Shown here piece after piece: positions 40,048 through 49,584 of a stretch of DNA of 64,000 bases (its first letter is position 1; every line of letters starts with the position of its first letter). Both the position numbers and the translations under genes were made by a program. Source of the DNA: Bdellovibrionales bacterium (lineage in GTDB: Bacteria; Bdellovibrionota; Bdellovibrionia; Bdellovibrionales; JAUICD01); assembly GCA_965203275.1 (NCBI GenBank), contig OZ241865.1:1088001-1152000 (forward strand). Direction: 5' to 3'. The notes under the pieces were generated by a model. It saw only the letters and a program-made list of their open reading frames with translations, was not told the origin of the DNA and searched no databases.

Positions 40048-43000
40048 TTAAAGCTTTTGATATACAAAACTTGGTCGTCTCAATAAATTAAATGTATCAA
40101 TAAATTCAGGCTTTTCAATGCCTTTTGTAGCTTCTGCGAGCAAACCTGTTTGAGCTTTTGTCTTCCAACAAGGATGAATAATTATAATGTTTTTGTTGTT
40201 CACAGCAAAACCATAAAGTTGATCATAATCTTTTTTTGATCGACAGCCAGTGAAGCCTTCACAGAATTGATCTCTTAAAGATTTTGCTTTTTCTCTCCAG
40301 CCTTGTAATTCAGGAGTATCAGGAGCATCAAACTGACCATCAGTTCCACATTTATAGTCTTTGTTGATCAGTGTTTTAAGTAGAGATATACCCAAACGCC
40401 AATCAAGTAAGCCATGATAATTAATATTTCGGTAAGCTTTAAGACATCGATGACAAGCAGAATCGCATTTATTGATATGATCTTCTTTATAAAGATTTTT
40501 CATAAAAGCACTTTTGTTTGGACTTTTTATTTCTTTGAGAATATCTGAGAGAATAGTTTTAATTTGAGTACAAAATCCGGCTCCATTAGGAAGTTTGTCA
40601 TTCAACCTAATCTCTCCACTTTTCTCTTTTTTGACAATGTTACCTATATCCAGTTCCTCTGGGTCAATATCCCAATGCTCTGCAATCAATGTTCTTAAAA
40701 GGAAAGCCGCAGAATAATAAGCTCCCTTCATAGCAGAATGTGTTTTTAATAAATCCAGATCTAGTTCCTCTGGTATTTGATTTTGATTGTGTGTGATACT
40801 AAAAACCTCTGTTTGCTTTTTTGAAGCTAAGGCTACTTTCATTTTTTGATTATTTTCATTATCAGATCTGAACTTAAAATTTTTATCTGTATATTGTCCA
40901 TATTCTGAGATAACCCATTGGTTTTTTAAACTTAATCCGTTTCTTTTAATTTCTCCAATAGAACCTTCAAAAAACTTTTTATTATTATCATTGATTCGAA
41001 AGACAGAACCATCATTCTTTGAGTCAATCTTGCAATTGAAACCATCCAACAGCTGATGATTAAAAGAAGTATCAATAAAGCTCCCTGCTCCATGGAATAC
41101 AGGCAAATCAACCTCAGTGGCCTCTTTTCCAAAGGAAAAATCAGTACGAAACCCTTTAGGAGTAATATATTCAAAAGTAAATTCTGGTTTAGAGTTTTGC
41201 TTACATTCAGGACACTCTGAATAAGTAGGTTCTGTTTGAGATGATTTAATATATCGGCATTTTTCACACCGAAAGATCCATCTTTGCTCTAATATAGGGT
41301 CATCTGTTTTTATATCTTTGCTACGTATAGAGTATAAAGGTGATGTAAAACCTATGGATGTGTGGATTCTTTTATCCTTGGTTTTTTGAGATCCTGGGGC
41401 AAAGTCAGAGATAGCTATTTCAAGGTCTCTATCAATACTTTGGAAACTATTACCACGTCGTCCGTGATACAAATAACGTACGCGAGAGGGCATACCAAAC
41501 ATAGGTAGTAAATTCTTCTCAGCTAAGGCTTCAGCAAGTCCTAAGCTTTCACTTTGTCCTTCGATACTTTTATTGATCTCTTTATAGAGTTCATCTTGGA
41601 TAAATTCTTTGATCTTTTCTCTGCCTATTTCATCTTCATCAACTCCAAAAGTAATATTTTTTATAATTGAATCTATATCTGAATCTGAAAATTTATTTAA
41701 TTGCTCTCTTATTTTGTCTTTAACTTTATCTTTTTTATTTTCAGCATTCCAATTTTCGATTGTACCAAATTCCCCATGAGTATCTGTATTCTTAGGACCA
41801 TCTGAGCTTTTGATACCTGCATTTTTAAAGGCTTGTCTTAAGATTTCCTTGATGACGAGTCGTCTTGCAATTTCTATTCTATTCATAGACAAAAATGGCA
41901 ATGGTGGTTTTTGATTAAGCATTTGATTGGGATTGTTGAAATAAAAATTATCAAAGCTATTACCTCGACACAAAGTCACAGCAAAAGAAAAAGCTTGATC
42001 TCGCCGGCCTGCTCTACCTACTCTTTGTTGATAATTAAACCTTTGAGGTGGCATATTAGCTAGAAAGACTGATTGCAAAGAGCCAATATCTACACCCACT
42101 TCCATTGTGGTGGTCACGCTTAAAATGTCTATTTCTTTGACTGCTTTGATTTCATCTTTAAATGTGAGTCCTCTAAAATGCCTTTGTCTCTCTGGTTGTT
42201 GCTCTTTATCTGTTTGAGCAGATAACTCCTCACAGTGGAGTCGAAAAGGAAAAGGCTCTCTTTCTTGTTTGACTGCTTGAGAATAATAATTTTTCTCATA
42301 TAAATCTTCACATCTTTTACTTGGTTTTTCTAGTAATGGTTGAAAGCAATTACTGCATATCTCACCACTTTTATGAAGGTGAGGTCTTTGACACGTTTGA
42401 CATATCCAAACATGATCTTGTTGATTGGCAATTTTGATAAAAAGATGGTTTGGTTCTAAGATGCATTTTCTATGATGTCCAAATTTTGGATCACAAACTA
42501 ATTTGTCAATCAGACTGTTTAGTTTTTCTTGATCTATATTGTGTTTTTCTGCACATTTTTCAAGGTAGTCACGAGCTTTTAGTAATTTATTGATATATAG
42601 ACCATCTAGTGTTTTGTTATATATTCCTCTATATCTATATTTATCACCAAAGATACGGATGCAACTATTGCTGATTTGTTTAATGGTATCTATTGAAAGA
42701 GCATTTTCCATTCCTAAAATTTGATTTTTTTGTTCTTCTATAATTTGATCCTCTATATCAAGACAGGCATAACCTAAGCCAGAGGATTCAAAACCAAAAT
42801 AAAGCCTTGAGAATAAAATCGAAAGAATAGTTTTTTTAATCTCATTTCTAAAATTTCCTCTTTTGTCTTTAAGGGTTTGAGATATATCTTCTTTCCAAAT
42901 TTTATCTTCTTTTTCAAAATCAAATAAATCACACCATGAATGTTCTTGATTATTTTCTGAATCCCATATTTTATCTTTTTCATTTCCTGCTGGATTGACT

Positions 43001-44158
43001 CCTATATCTTTGAGTCTTCGTATTAATGTTTCATCTGTTTGATCTTCAAATAAAATTTTCAATGAGACAATTTGTGTTTCTTTCATTCTTTTGATTCGTT
43101 CTATATTTTCCTGATACTTTTTTGCTTTGCCTTTTATTTCTTCTGATGGGTTTTTTAATTGTTTATAATCATCAATAACTTTTATATTATCTTTTAATCT
43201 ATCAAAGCTTCCTGGATGCTTTTCTTTGTATTTTTTAGCATCTTCACTTTTTATCTCTTGCTGTGTCTCTACATCTGCAAGTAAGGCTGGCTCTCCCCTG
43301 ACAATCAAACGCAGTTCATTGTAGAGCATATCTCTGAGCAAATCCCTGTAATGCTCTCTTTCAATACCATTGCTAACCCTGGCAGCTTCCTCACGGCTAT
43401 CAGAAAAAGCAATAAGCTTTTTATTTTCTGAAGGCATTCGATAAAAAAGCTCTTTAGATAGAATTTGAATCATTTTTGAAAAGCCAGTTCTAAACCCTCT
43501 AATGGGTGTTTTGTTGTTTGTTCTTTGAGTGTAATCTGTAGCACAACTAGGGCATATTGAAGCTAGTGCCATTGCATTTGATTCTTTATTGCTGGTATGA
43601 AATAAATAGCCATTAATACCATCTTTTTGGTTTGTATGTCCAAGTTGGACTTTTCCTGTTTTTATATTTAAAGAGGCTGTTTTCCAAGAGGCTTTATCTT
43701 TTGTTTTACTTGTTGATTTTGTAAGAGATGATGGACTCCATTTTTTATCTTTAACATCTGTATCAATTTCTGTATTGGGCCAAAAAAGAGCAAAATCTTT
43801 ATAACTTCTTTTTTCAACAAAAAAAGCTTTTTTGAAGCATTTTTATCTGGTGTTGATACAATTCAAAGTTTTTTTTCATCAATCCAGCTTGAATAAAGTC
43901 TTGAAACTTTTTGATCTGATCAGGTGAAAAATCTTTGAGATCATCTTCTGTCAAAGCAGAGATATTTTTCTCTGAGCTTTTGTATTTTGGAATCAGTTCG
44001 ATCCAGGGCTTTTGATAAAACAAACCTTCTTTATCTAGACGCTTTTTTCTTTCCTGTTCAACAGATGGAAACTGTGGTGTTGCAAATCTTGTCTGCACAT
44101 ATAGCTTAAAGCTATCTTTTATTTCTTCAAAGGTTTTGATAGGGTCACGCAATGCCAT
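40048..44158 (-). pseudogene. DruE-like DEAD/DEAH helicase with DUF1998, internally deleted and frameshifted
   Basis: N-terminal fragment 43814..44158 ends at the Q-motif LYQHQ. A second frame from ~43821 (FVEKRSY...) continues into 40048..43572, which has [20 protein letters not shown] and CDSACHRCL. No Walker A or DEAH in between. Confidence 0.75.
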
Positions 44159-44229
44159 CCTCCTTAATGACTTATTACCTTAAAAACGCTTACTTATAAG
44201 ATATCCATGTATCTTATTTGTCTATAGAC

Positions 44230-44592
44230 CTAGGCTGTTTTCTTTTTTGAATATGTTTGGAACATCCATAAAACTTGTGATGCGGGCATTGTAATATTTT
44301 GTTTTTTCTTAGCTGCTTTTTCAATATCTTTCTTTAAAAAACGTTGCCATTGTCTAGGATTGTCACTGAACTTTTCTGCTACCATTTTGGCAAATTCAAG
44401 GCAAGGAAAACATCGACCTGTCTCTAAGTCACTCAATTGCCTTTTGCTAATTCCTAACATCTTTGCTACCTGACTTTGTGTCATTTTATTGCACAATCTT
44501 TCAGACTTTAAAGCACTTGCGAAAGTCAAAGGACCAAACTCTGTCTCTAGTTTTTCAGTTGTTATTACTCTGCCTTTTCTATTTATAGTCAT
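44230..44592 (-). CDS. XRE-family HTH protein (HigA-like)
   Basis: MTQSQVAKMLGISKRQLSDLETGR. Confidence 0.85.
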   Translation of the reverse strand: MTINRKGRVITTEKLETEFGPLTFASALKSERLCNKMTQSQVAKMLGISKRQLSDLETGRCFPCLEFAKMVAEKFSDNPRQWQRFLKKDIEKAAKKKQNITMPASQVLWMFQTYSKKKTA

Positions 44593-45550
44593 GTTTAGTG
44601 ACCCCCTTTATAATGATACGATAAAAACCTTTATTCTCAATAAGTTTGGCTATTTCATAAGGTACATTTTTAAAAATGAACTTTCTTCTTTCTTTTTGAG
44701 GGAGACTTCCTGAAAGCATTGTCAATGCTCTTTCTAAGAGAGGTGGAAGTCGAAGATCACTACTCAATTCAAAAGTTTTTTTATTGTATTTTAAAATACT
44801 TTTACTAGAATTCTTGAGTATTAGCCATCGTCCCTGATCTAAATGAACCTTTACTTTACATTCATTTGATTTTTTGAACAAATAGTATTTGTAATAATTG
44901 TTATAATGAGAGAGTTTGATAAGAGATAACTCTTTTTTTAAAGATTGATTTTGATTAAATTTTTTGAATGTTAATTGAGTTAAGTCAAACACTTCTTTAA
45001 TGTCTGATGCTTGTCCACTATGCCAATGAGGATTTAAATATTCCTCATAATCAGATAGATTTTCAGCAAACTCTAAAATACTCCAAGCTATAGGTTCTTT
45101 ACAAATCTTGATATAAGATGATAATTGATTACCCTGAAATTTCACTTGATCCCATTGAGCTTCTAAGCTTTGTATATCTTCAGGTTTTATAATGATAGTA
45201 TCAGGAAGATGCTTATTTGTTTTTATATCAATATTTATATGCATTTTAAGTGTTTTTAAAAGATGAAAAGAGCGTCCTCCTGTTAAAAGAAAAGTTGGTT
45301 GTATAAATGGTAATGCAACCAACATAGGAGGAGCTACTTGAACAAATGTCTGATCGTTGGTTTCCCCTATATCAATGTAACCTAAAGCACTTAAGTCTCT
45401 AGCTAAGTTGTATGCGAAATATTTGCTTTCTTGTTCTGTTATTTGTCTTGTATAAAGAAGCTCTACATATTTTCTAAAATCACTCCAGCTAAGAGATTTT
45501 TTCTCAGAGAGTAAATACAGTAAGTGGTTTCCAGATTGATTTTTAGACAT
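44579..45550 (-). CDS. Hypothetical protein; candidate Druantia-like accessory subunit
   Basis: Co-oriented upstream of DruE-like helicase; recalled similarity (LLYLLS..SW.DF..L.ALGYID..VAPP.L) not verified. Confidence 0.45.
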   Translation of the reverse strand: MSKNQSGNHLLYLLSEKKSLSWSDFRKYVELLYTRQITEQESKYFAYNLARDLSALGYIDIGETNDQTFVQVAPPMLVALPFIQPTFLLTGGRSFHLLKTLKMHINIDIKTNKHLPDTIIIKPEDIQSLEAQWDQVKFQGNQLSSYIKICKEPIAWSILEFAENLSDYEEYLNPHWHSGQASDIKEVFDLTQLTFKKFNQNQSLKKELSLIKLSHYNNYYKYYLFKKSNECKVKVHLDQGRWLILKNSSKSILKYNKKTFELSSDLRLPPLLERALTMLSGSLPQKERRKFIFKNVPYEIAKLIENKGFYRIIIKGVTKHDYK

Positions 45551-46391
45551 TTTGAGCCTTGTTTAAAAACTTTTTCCATTCCTTTTTCCACCCTGCTTTT
45601 GATTTGGAGTCTACTTGGATTCGCTTTCTTTTATGCCAAATAATTTTTTTAACTCCTTTAATCTTAAATAAATGCCAATCCTGTGGTATCCCTTTAAAGG
45701 GTAATTCTTGACACTTGTCGCAGTGCTTTTGACCCCATTTTTGCACTTTGTCTAAAAGATTATTATGGATAGCAAGGTAAAAGGGCTGATCAGGTGTGTA
45801 TCTTTGACCTGATATCCAACCACGTATTTCAAGGTGATCTGCTTTAGTGAATATATTGTATTTTTCTCCTTTATAATGAAATTTGTATTGATCACTTGTT
45901 GCATCAAAATCTTTTGTCCAATCTTCCATCTTAAAATTTTCAATAGGAGCAGATACAGAAAAGCTAGAAGTAGAAACTTTCCATTCTTTATTTTTATTTT
46001 TTAAGTTAAAATCTTCTTGAGGAAGACCAGCTATTCTTCTACATCTAAAGGAAAATTGAGCTTGTTTAGCAGTGCAATCTATTTCATCCAAACAAAGATC
46101 AATAAAACCTCTTTGAGTATCCGTATTTTTTTGATCAGATAAATTTGCTTCATCAAGCTCTTCTAGCTGTTTTAAGACTCTTTGAATTAAAGCTGTTTGA
46201 AAGTCAAACTTTCCTTTCTCAATCCTTTTTGAGGTCCTATTTGAAAGCTTATTTTTATGAAACTTTAAAGCTTTTAATATTTCTTCATCTGTAGGATGAG
46301 AGTTAGAATCCCATCCCATTTTCCAAAATATCTCAGGAATTTCTTTAAGATCGTCTTGTGTTAGAACAACTTGATAATAAAGAATACCCAC
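45543..46391 (-). CDS. Hypothetical protein, probably 5'-truncated; candidate Druantia-like accessory subunit
   Basis: Overlaps the next gene; GTG start without RBS, frame open only 9 codons further. Confidence 0.4.
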   Translation of the reverse strand: MGILYYQVVLTQDDLKEIPEIFWKMGWDSNSHPTDEEILKALKFHKNKLSNRTSKRIEKGKFDFQTALIQRVLKQLEELDEANLSDQKNTDTQRGFIDLCLDEIDCTAKQAQFSFRCRRIAGLPQEDFNLKNKNKEWKVSTSSFSVSAPIENFKMEDWTKDFDATSDQYKFHYKGEKYNIFTKADHLEIRGWISGQRYTPDQPFYLAIHNNLLDKVQKWGQKHCDKCQELPFKGIPQDWHLFKIKGVKKIIWHKRKRIQVDSKSKAGWKKEWKKFLNKAQNV

Positions 46392-46473
46392 ATAATATTC
46401 TATATTGAAACATAAATCTTATATCATAATAAAAAGAGTTGTGTTATGTCATAGATTTGCTTGTATTCTTAAC

Positions 46474-46588
46474 TCCTGAGGTTGATAGCCAGCAAAATAA
46501 AGTTGAGTAAAATCAGTGGGTTATGAGTCGAAAGAGATTTTGTGCCACTGCCACTAGGTTTTTGTTTTGTGGCAGAATTTTGGAAAAT
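46474..46588. repeat. Family C dispersed repeat, copy 1
   Basis: Reverse-complement similarity to 62620-62730; TGCCAC..GTGGCA hairpin. Confidence 0.75.
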
Positions 46589-46678
46589 TTATTAAGAATG
46601 AATTCCTTTATTTTCATCTTATGTTATGTTGCATTATTATTTCAATAATCTTTTATTATAGGGTCATCCGGTGCTGAT

Positions 46679-47593
46679 ATGCAGATATTTAATAAATCTA
46701 AATGGTGGATCAGTTTGGTCTATCCTACACTTTTTGTTATTCTTTGCCTGATCTGGGGGACAACATGGTTGGCCATCAAAATTTCTGTTGAATCTATACC
46801 TCCCATTACTGCTGTGGGATTGCGACTTCTCATTACTTATCCTATATTTTTTGGTTTTTCATTGGTTCGCAGAGAACCTATTTGGTTCTCTTCCAAGCAA
46901 TTATTTCTCTATTTTTTATTAATCACTGCCTTTTATTTTACTCTTCCTTTTTGGTTGACAAGTTTTGGACAGCAACACATCTCATCTGGATTGGGAGGCT
47001 TATTATACAGCTCAATGCCGATTTTTATTTTGCTATTTTCTTTTGTTATCTTAAAAGAGCAATTTTTTCTCTCTCAAATAATAGGTATGATCATTGGTTT
47101 TTTAAGTCTTATAATGATTATTAATCTACAATATGGGCATTTACATCATTCTGGTTTGATTGGTGTCTTTGCATTTATTGTGGCAGTTATGATGCATGCA
47201 CTTGCTTATGTCATCTTTAAAAAAGTTCGAGACAAAATTAGCACTTGGACTATGCATACATTGCCTATAGGTGTATCAGGAGTTCTTTCTATCATTGTAG
47301 GTTTTGTATTAGAGCAACCAAACATTGCAGAATTTTCAAAACATTCTATTTTAGCTACTATTTATCTTGCCCTGATTGGATCTTTTCTTGGGTCTATTAT
47401 TTATGTCTTCCTTTTACAAAGAATAAATACAGTTGTTGTTTCTTTTGTTTTCATAATTTTTCCTGTCATTGCAGTTGTTGTGAGTGTATGGTATGAAAAC
47501 ATGCCTATTTCAGAGGGTTTTTTGTTCTACACTATTATTTTGCTGATTGGTTTTGCCATTACAAAATTCCCTATTGAAAAATGGAAAAAGTGA
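46679..47593 (+). CDS. EamA/DMT family transporter
   Basis: LIWGTTWLAIKI..PP...GLR; ~10 TM helices. Confidence 0.9.
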   Translation: MQIFNKSKWWISLVYPTLFVILCLIWGTTWLAIKISVESIPPITAVGLRLLITYPIFFGFSLVRREPIWFSSKQLFLYFLLITAFYFTLPFWLTSFGQQHISSGLGGLLYSSMPIFILLFSFVILKEQFFLSQIIGMIIGFLSLIMIINLQYGHLHHSGLIGVFAFIVAVMMHALAYVIFKKVRDKISTWTMHTLPIGVSGVLSIIVGFVLEQPNIAEFSKHSILATIYLALIGSFLGSIIYVFLLQRINTVVVSFVFIIFPVIAVVVSVWYENMPISEGFLFYTIILLIGFAITKFPIEKWKK

Positions 47594-47838
47594 AACAGAA
47601 ACTAGCTTACTTTTAGTGAAACAAACTAGCTGAAATCACTTAATTTCTAATTTTCAAACCTAAATTCCTTACCTTTCCAAAGAAATCCAGAGAAACAAAC
47701 TTTTTCCTTAACATCTCACTCAAAATGCATCATGCCTCTGGCAGGCTTTTGAGACAGTTAGCCTTTGATCGACGGCGAGAGCCGTCGGGCTAACTGTCCA
47801 AAAGTAGCCAGAGGCTAGACCACTTTTAGTGAAACAAA
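47589..47838 (+). repeat. Family A fragments and a head-to-head hybrid copy upstream of rpn
   Basis: AGTGAAAC ends at ~47589, 47615 and 47828; GGC-GAGA-GCC arm. Confidence 0.8.
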
Positions 47839-47843
47839 TGTGT

Positions 47844-47872
47844 TTGACATTCCATCAAGATATGTTTATTCT
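47844..47872 (+). promoter_or_regulatory. Sigma-70-like promoter for rpn (possibly leaderless mRNA)
   Basis: TTGACA-N17-TATTCT, 7 nt before ATG 47880. Confidence 0.5.
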
Positions 47873-47879
47873 ATGCAAA

Positions 47880-49040
47880 ATGAATCAAGTGAAACAAAAT
47901 CATCTTAAGAATCAAGCTCAAAAAGAAGAGCAACAAGCTATTTCTCAAGCTCATGTCCATGACCTGTCTTTCAAAAGGTTTTTTGATAGTGTAGAGAACA
48001 TATTAGCCTTTTTAAACCTTGCTTTTTCTCAGGCATTTCTAAACCTTTTTAACCTTGACTCACTCAAAATAGAAAAGAATGTTTTAATAGCAGGTATAGA
48101 AATGCAAATAGACCTTCTCATTTCATTAACCCTTAAAAACTCTCAAAAAACAGTCAGATTTATCTTTCTTTTAGAACACAAAAGCTGGCCAGACCATAAT
48201 GTCTTAAAACAATTATTAAAATATCAGGCTACAGTCTATGAAAAATATGGCTATCCAGTAATTCCTATTGTTTTTTATCACGGGATGAAAAAATGGACAG
48301 TGCCTATTTCTTTCCATGATTACTTAGAATCTCAAGGTTATTTTCCTGATCATTCTCGCAGTCTTATTGCTCCTTACCTTATGAATTTTTCTTATGTGCC
48401 ATTTGATCTATCGGTTTATGATATAGAAGCGAAGGCAAAAGGTTCAATGATCAGCCCTATTTTGCATTTATTTCAGGGTATTTGGTCTTTAGATAGTAGA
48501 AAAAGTACAAAGGAACAGCATGATTTTTTCATAAAATTTTTTTCATTTGTGAAAAAAGTGTCGCAAAGTACCGATAAAAAGTATATAATAGAACTCATCA
48601 CTAAAGCGATGACTTATTTTTATCAGTACAATAATCAGTTAAGTAAAGAAGTTGTTCAATCAGCTTCAAAAGAAGTGACTCAACAATTAGGAGGAGAAAA
48701 TATTATGGAAGCATTTGATTTTACCATAGAAGGAACTATGAAAAAAGGCATTCAGATTGGCCGAGAAGAAGGCATTCAGATTGGCCAAGAGAAAGGCATT
48801 CAGATTGGCCGAGAGAAAGGCATTCAGATTGGCCAAGAGAAAGGCAGAGAAGAAGGTAGGCAAGAAGGTAGGCAAGAAGGTAGGCAAGAAGGTAGGCAAG
48901 AAGGCAGAGAAGAAGGTAGGCAAGATATTATCTTAAATATGCTTAAAAATAACATGGATATTTCGATCATTGCAAAAATCACAGAGTCCACAGAGAACAA
49001 AATACGAGAAATACAGAAAAAACTAAACAACTTGGGCTAA
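47880..49040 (+). CDS. Rpn/YhgA-family PD-(D/E)XK nuclease (putative transposase_31)
   Basis: HDLSFKRFF, IDLLI, LLEHKS, QLLKY, PVIPIVFYHG..W; C-terminal GIQIGREE/GRQE repeats. Confidence 0.9.
   Translation: MNQVKQNHLKNQAQKEEQQAISQAHVHDLSFKRFFDSVENILAFLNLAFSQAFLNLFNLDSLKIEKNVLIAGIEMQIDLLISLTLKNSQKTVRFIFLLEHKSWPDHNVLKQLLKYQATVYEKYGYPVIPIVFYHGMKKWTVPISFHDYLESQGYFPDHSRSLIAPYLMNFSYVPFDLSVYDIEAKAKGSMISPILHLFQGIWSLDSRKSTKEQHDFFIKFFSFVKKVSQSTDKKYIIELITKAMTYFYQYNNQLSKEVVQSASKEVTQQLGGENIMEAFDFTIEGTMKKGIQIGREEGIQIGQEKGIQIGREKGIQIGQEKGREEGRQEGRQEGRQEGRQEGREEGRQDIILNMLKNNMDISIIAKITESTENKIREIQKKLNNLG
48705..49040 (+). CDS. Putative in-frame internal small protein (RpnS-like antitoxin)
   Basis: AGGAGGAG upstream of in-frame ATG 48705 (LGGENIM). 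Confidence 0.6.
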   Translation: MEAFDFTIEGTMKKGIQIGREEGIQIGQEKGIQIGREKGIQIGQEKGREEGRQEGRQEGRQEGRQEGREEGRQDIILNMLKNNMDISIIAKITESTENKIREIQKKLNNLG

Positions 49041-49056
49041 AGATTATTGCATTTTT

Positions 49057-49570
49057 TTCACTCAAAATAAATCATGCCTCTGGCATGTTTTCTGGCAGTT
49101 AGCCCGACGGCTGTCGCCGTCGGGCTAACTGTCCAAAAGTAGCCAGAGGCTAGTTCAATTTTAGGGAAACAGAGGCTGGTTTATTTTTAGTGAAAAAGAT
49201 AAGAAGGCGGTAGCCTTCGGCTGGCAACCAGAAAGTAGCCAGAGGCTAGACCACTTTTAGTGAAACAACTCCTTAACATGGAGTAAAAAAACGAGGAGAT
49301 CCTCATGACTCAAAGTGAACAGGCTTTCTAGGCGATGACCATTTTATCGATGGCGAAAGCCTTTGCAGGGCAACAAGTGTAAGAAGGAACTTTTTCCTTA
49401 ACATGGTGTTAAGAAATGAGGACATCCTTCTTCCTAAAATTGAACAAGCTTTTGAGGCGGTTAGCCTTTGATCGACGGCGGTAGCCGTCGGGCTAACTGC
49501 CCAAAAGTAGCCAGAGGCTAGTTCAATTTTAGGGAAAAAGACCACTTTTAGTGAAAAAAACCAAACAAAC
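49057..49570 (+). repeat. Family A cluster between rpn and ftsH (fold-back copy, hybrids, full copy 49396-49538, long A/C tail)
   Basis: Direct reading; ends AGTGAAAAAAACCAAACAAAC immediately before the ftsH RBS. Confidence 0.9.
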
Positions 49571-49584
49571 GAAAGGATTAAAAA

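Noticed and set aside
5807..49570. Integron attC sites (CCTTAAC...GTTAAGG resembles core sites)
   Set aside because: Does not fit GTTRRRY/RYYYAAC, most modules carry no gene, and no integron integrase is visible; kept only as an analogy.
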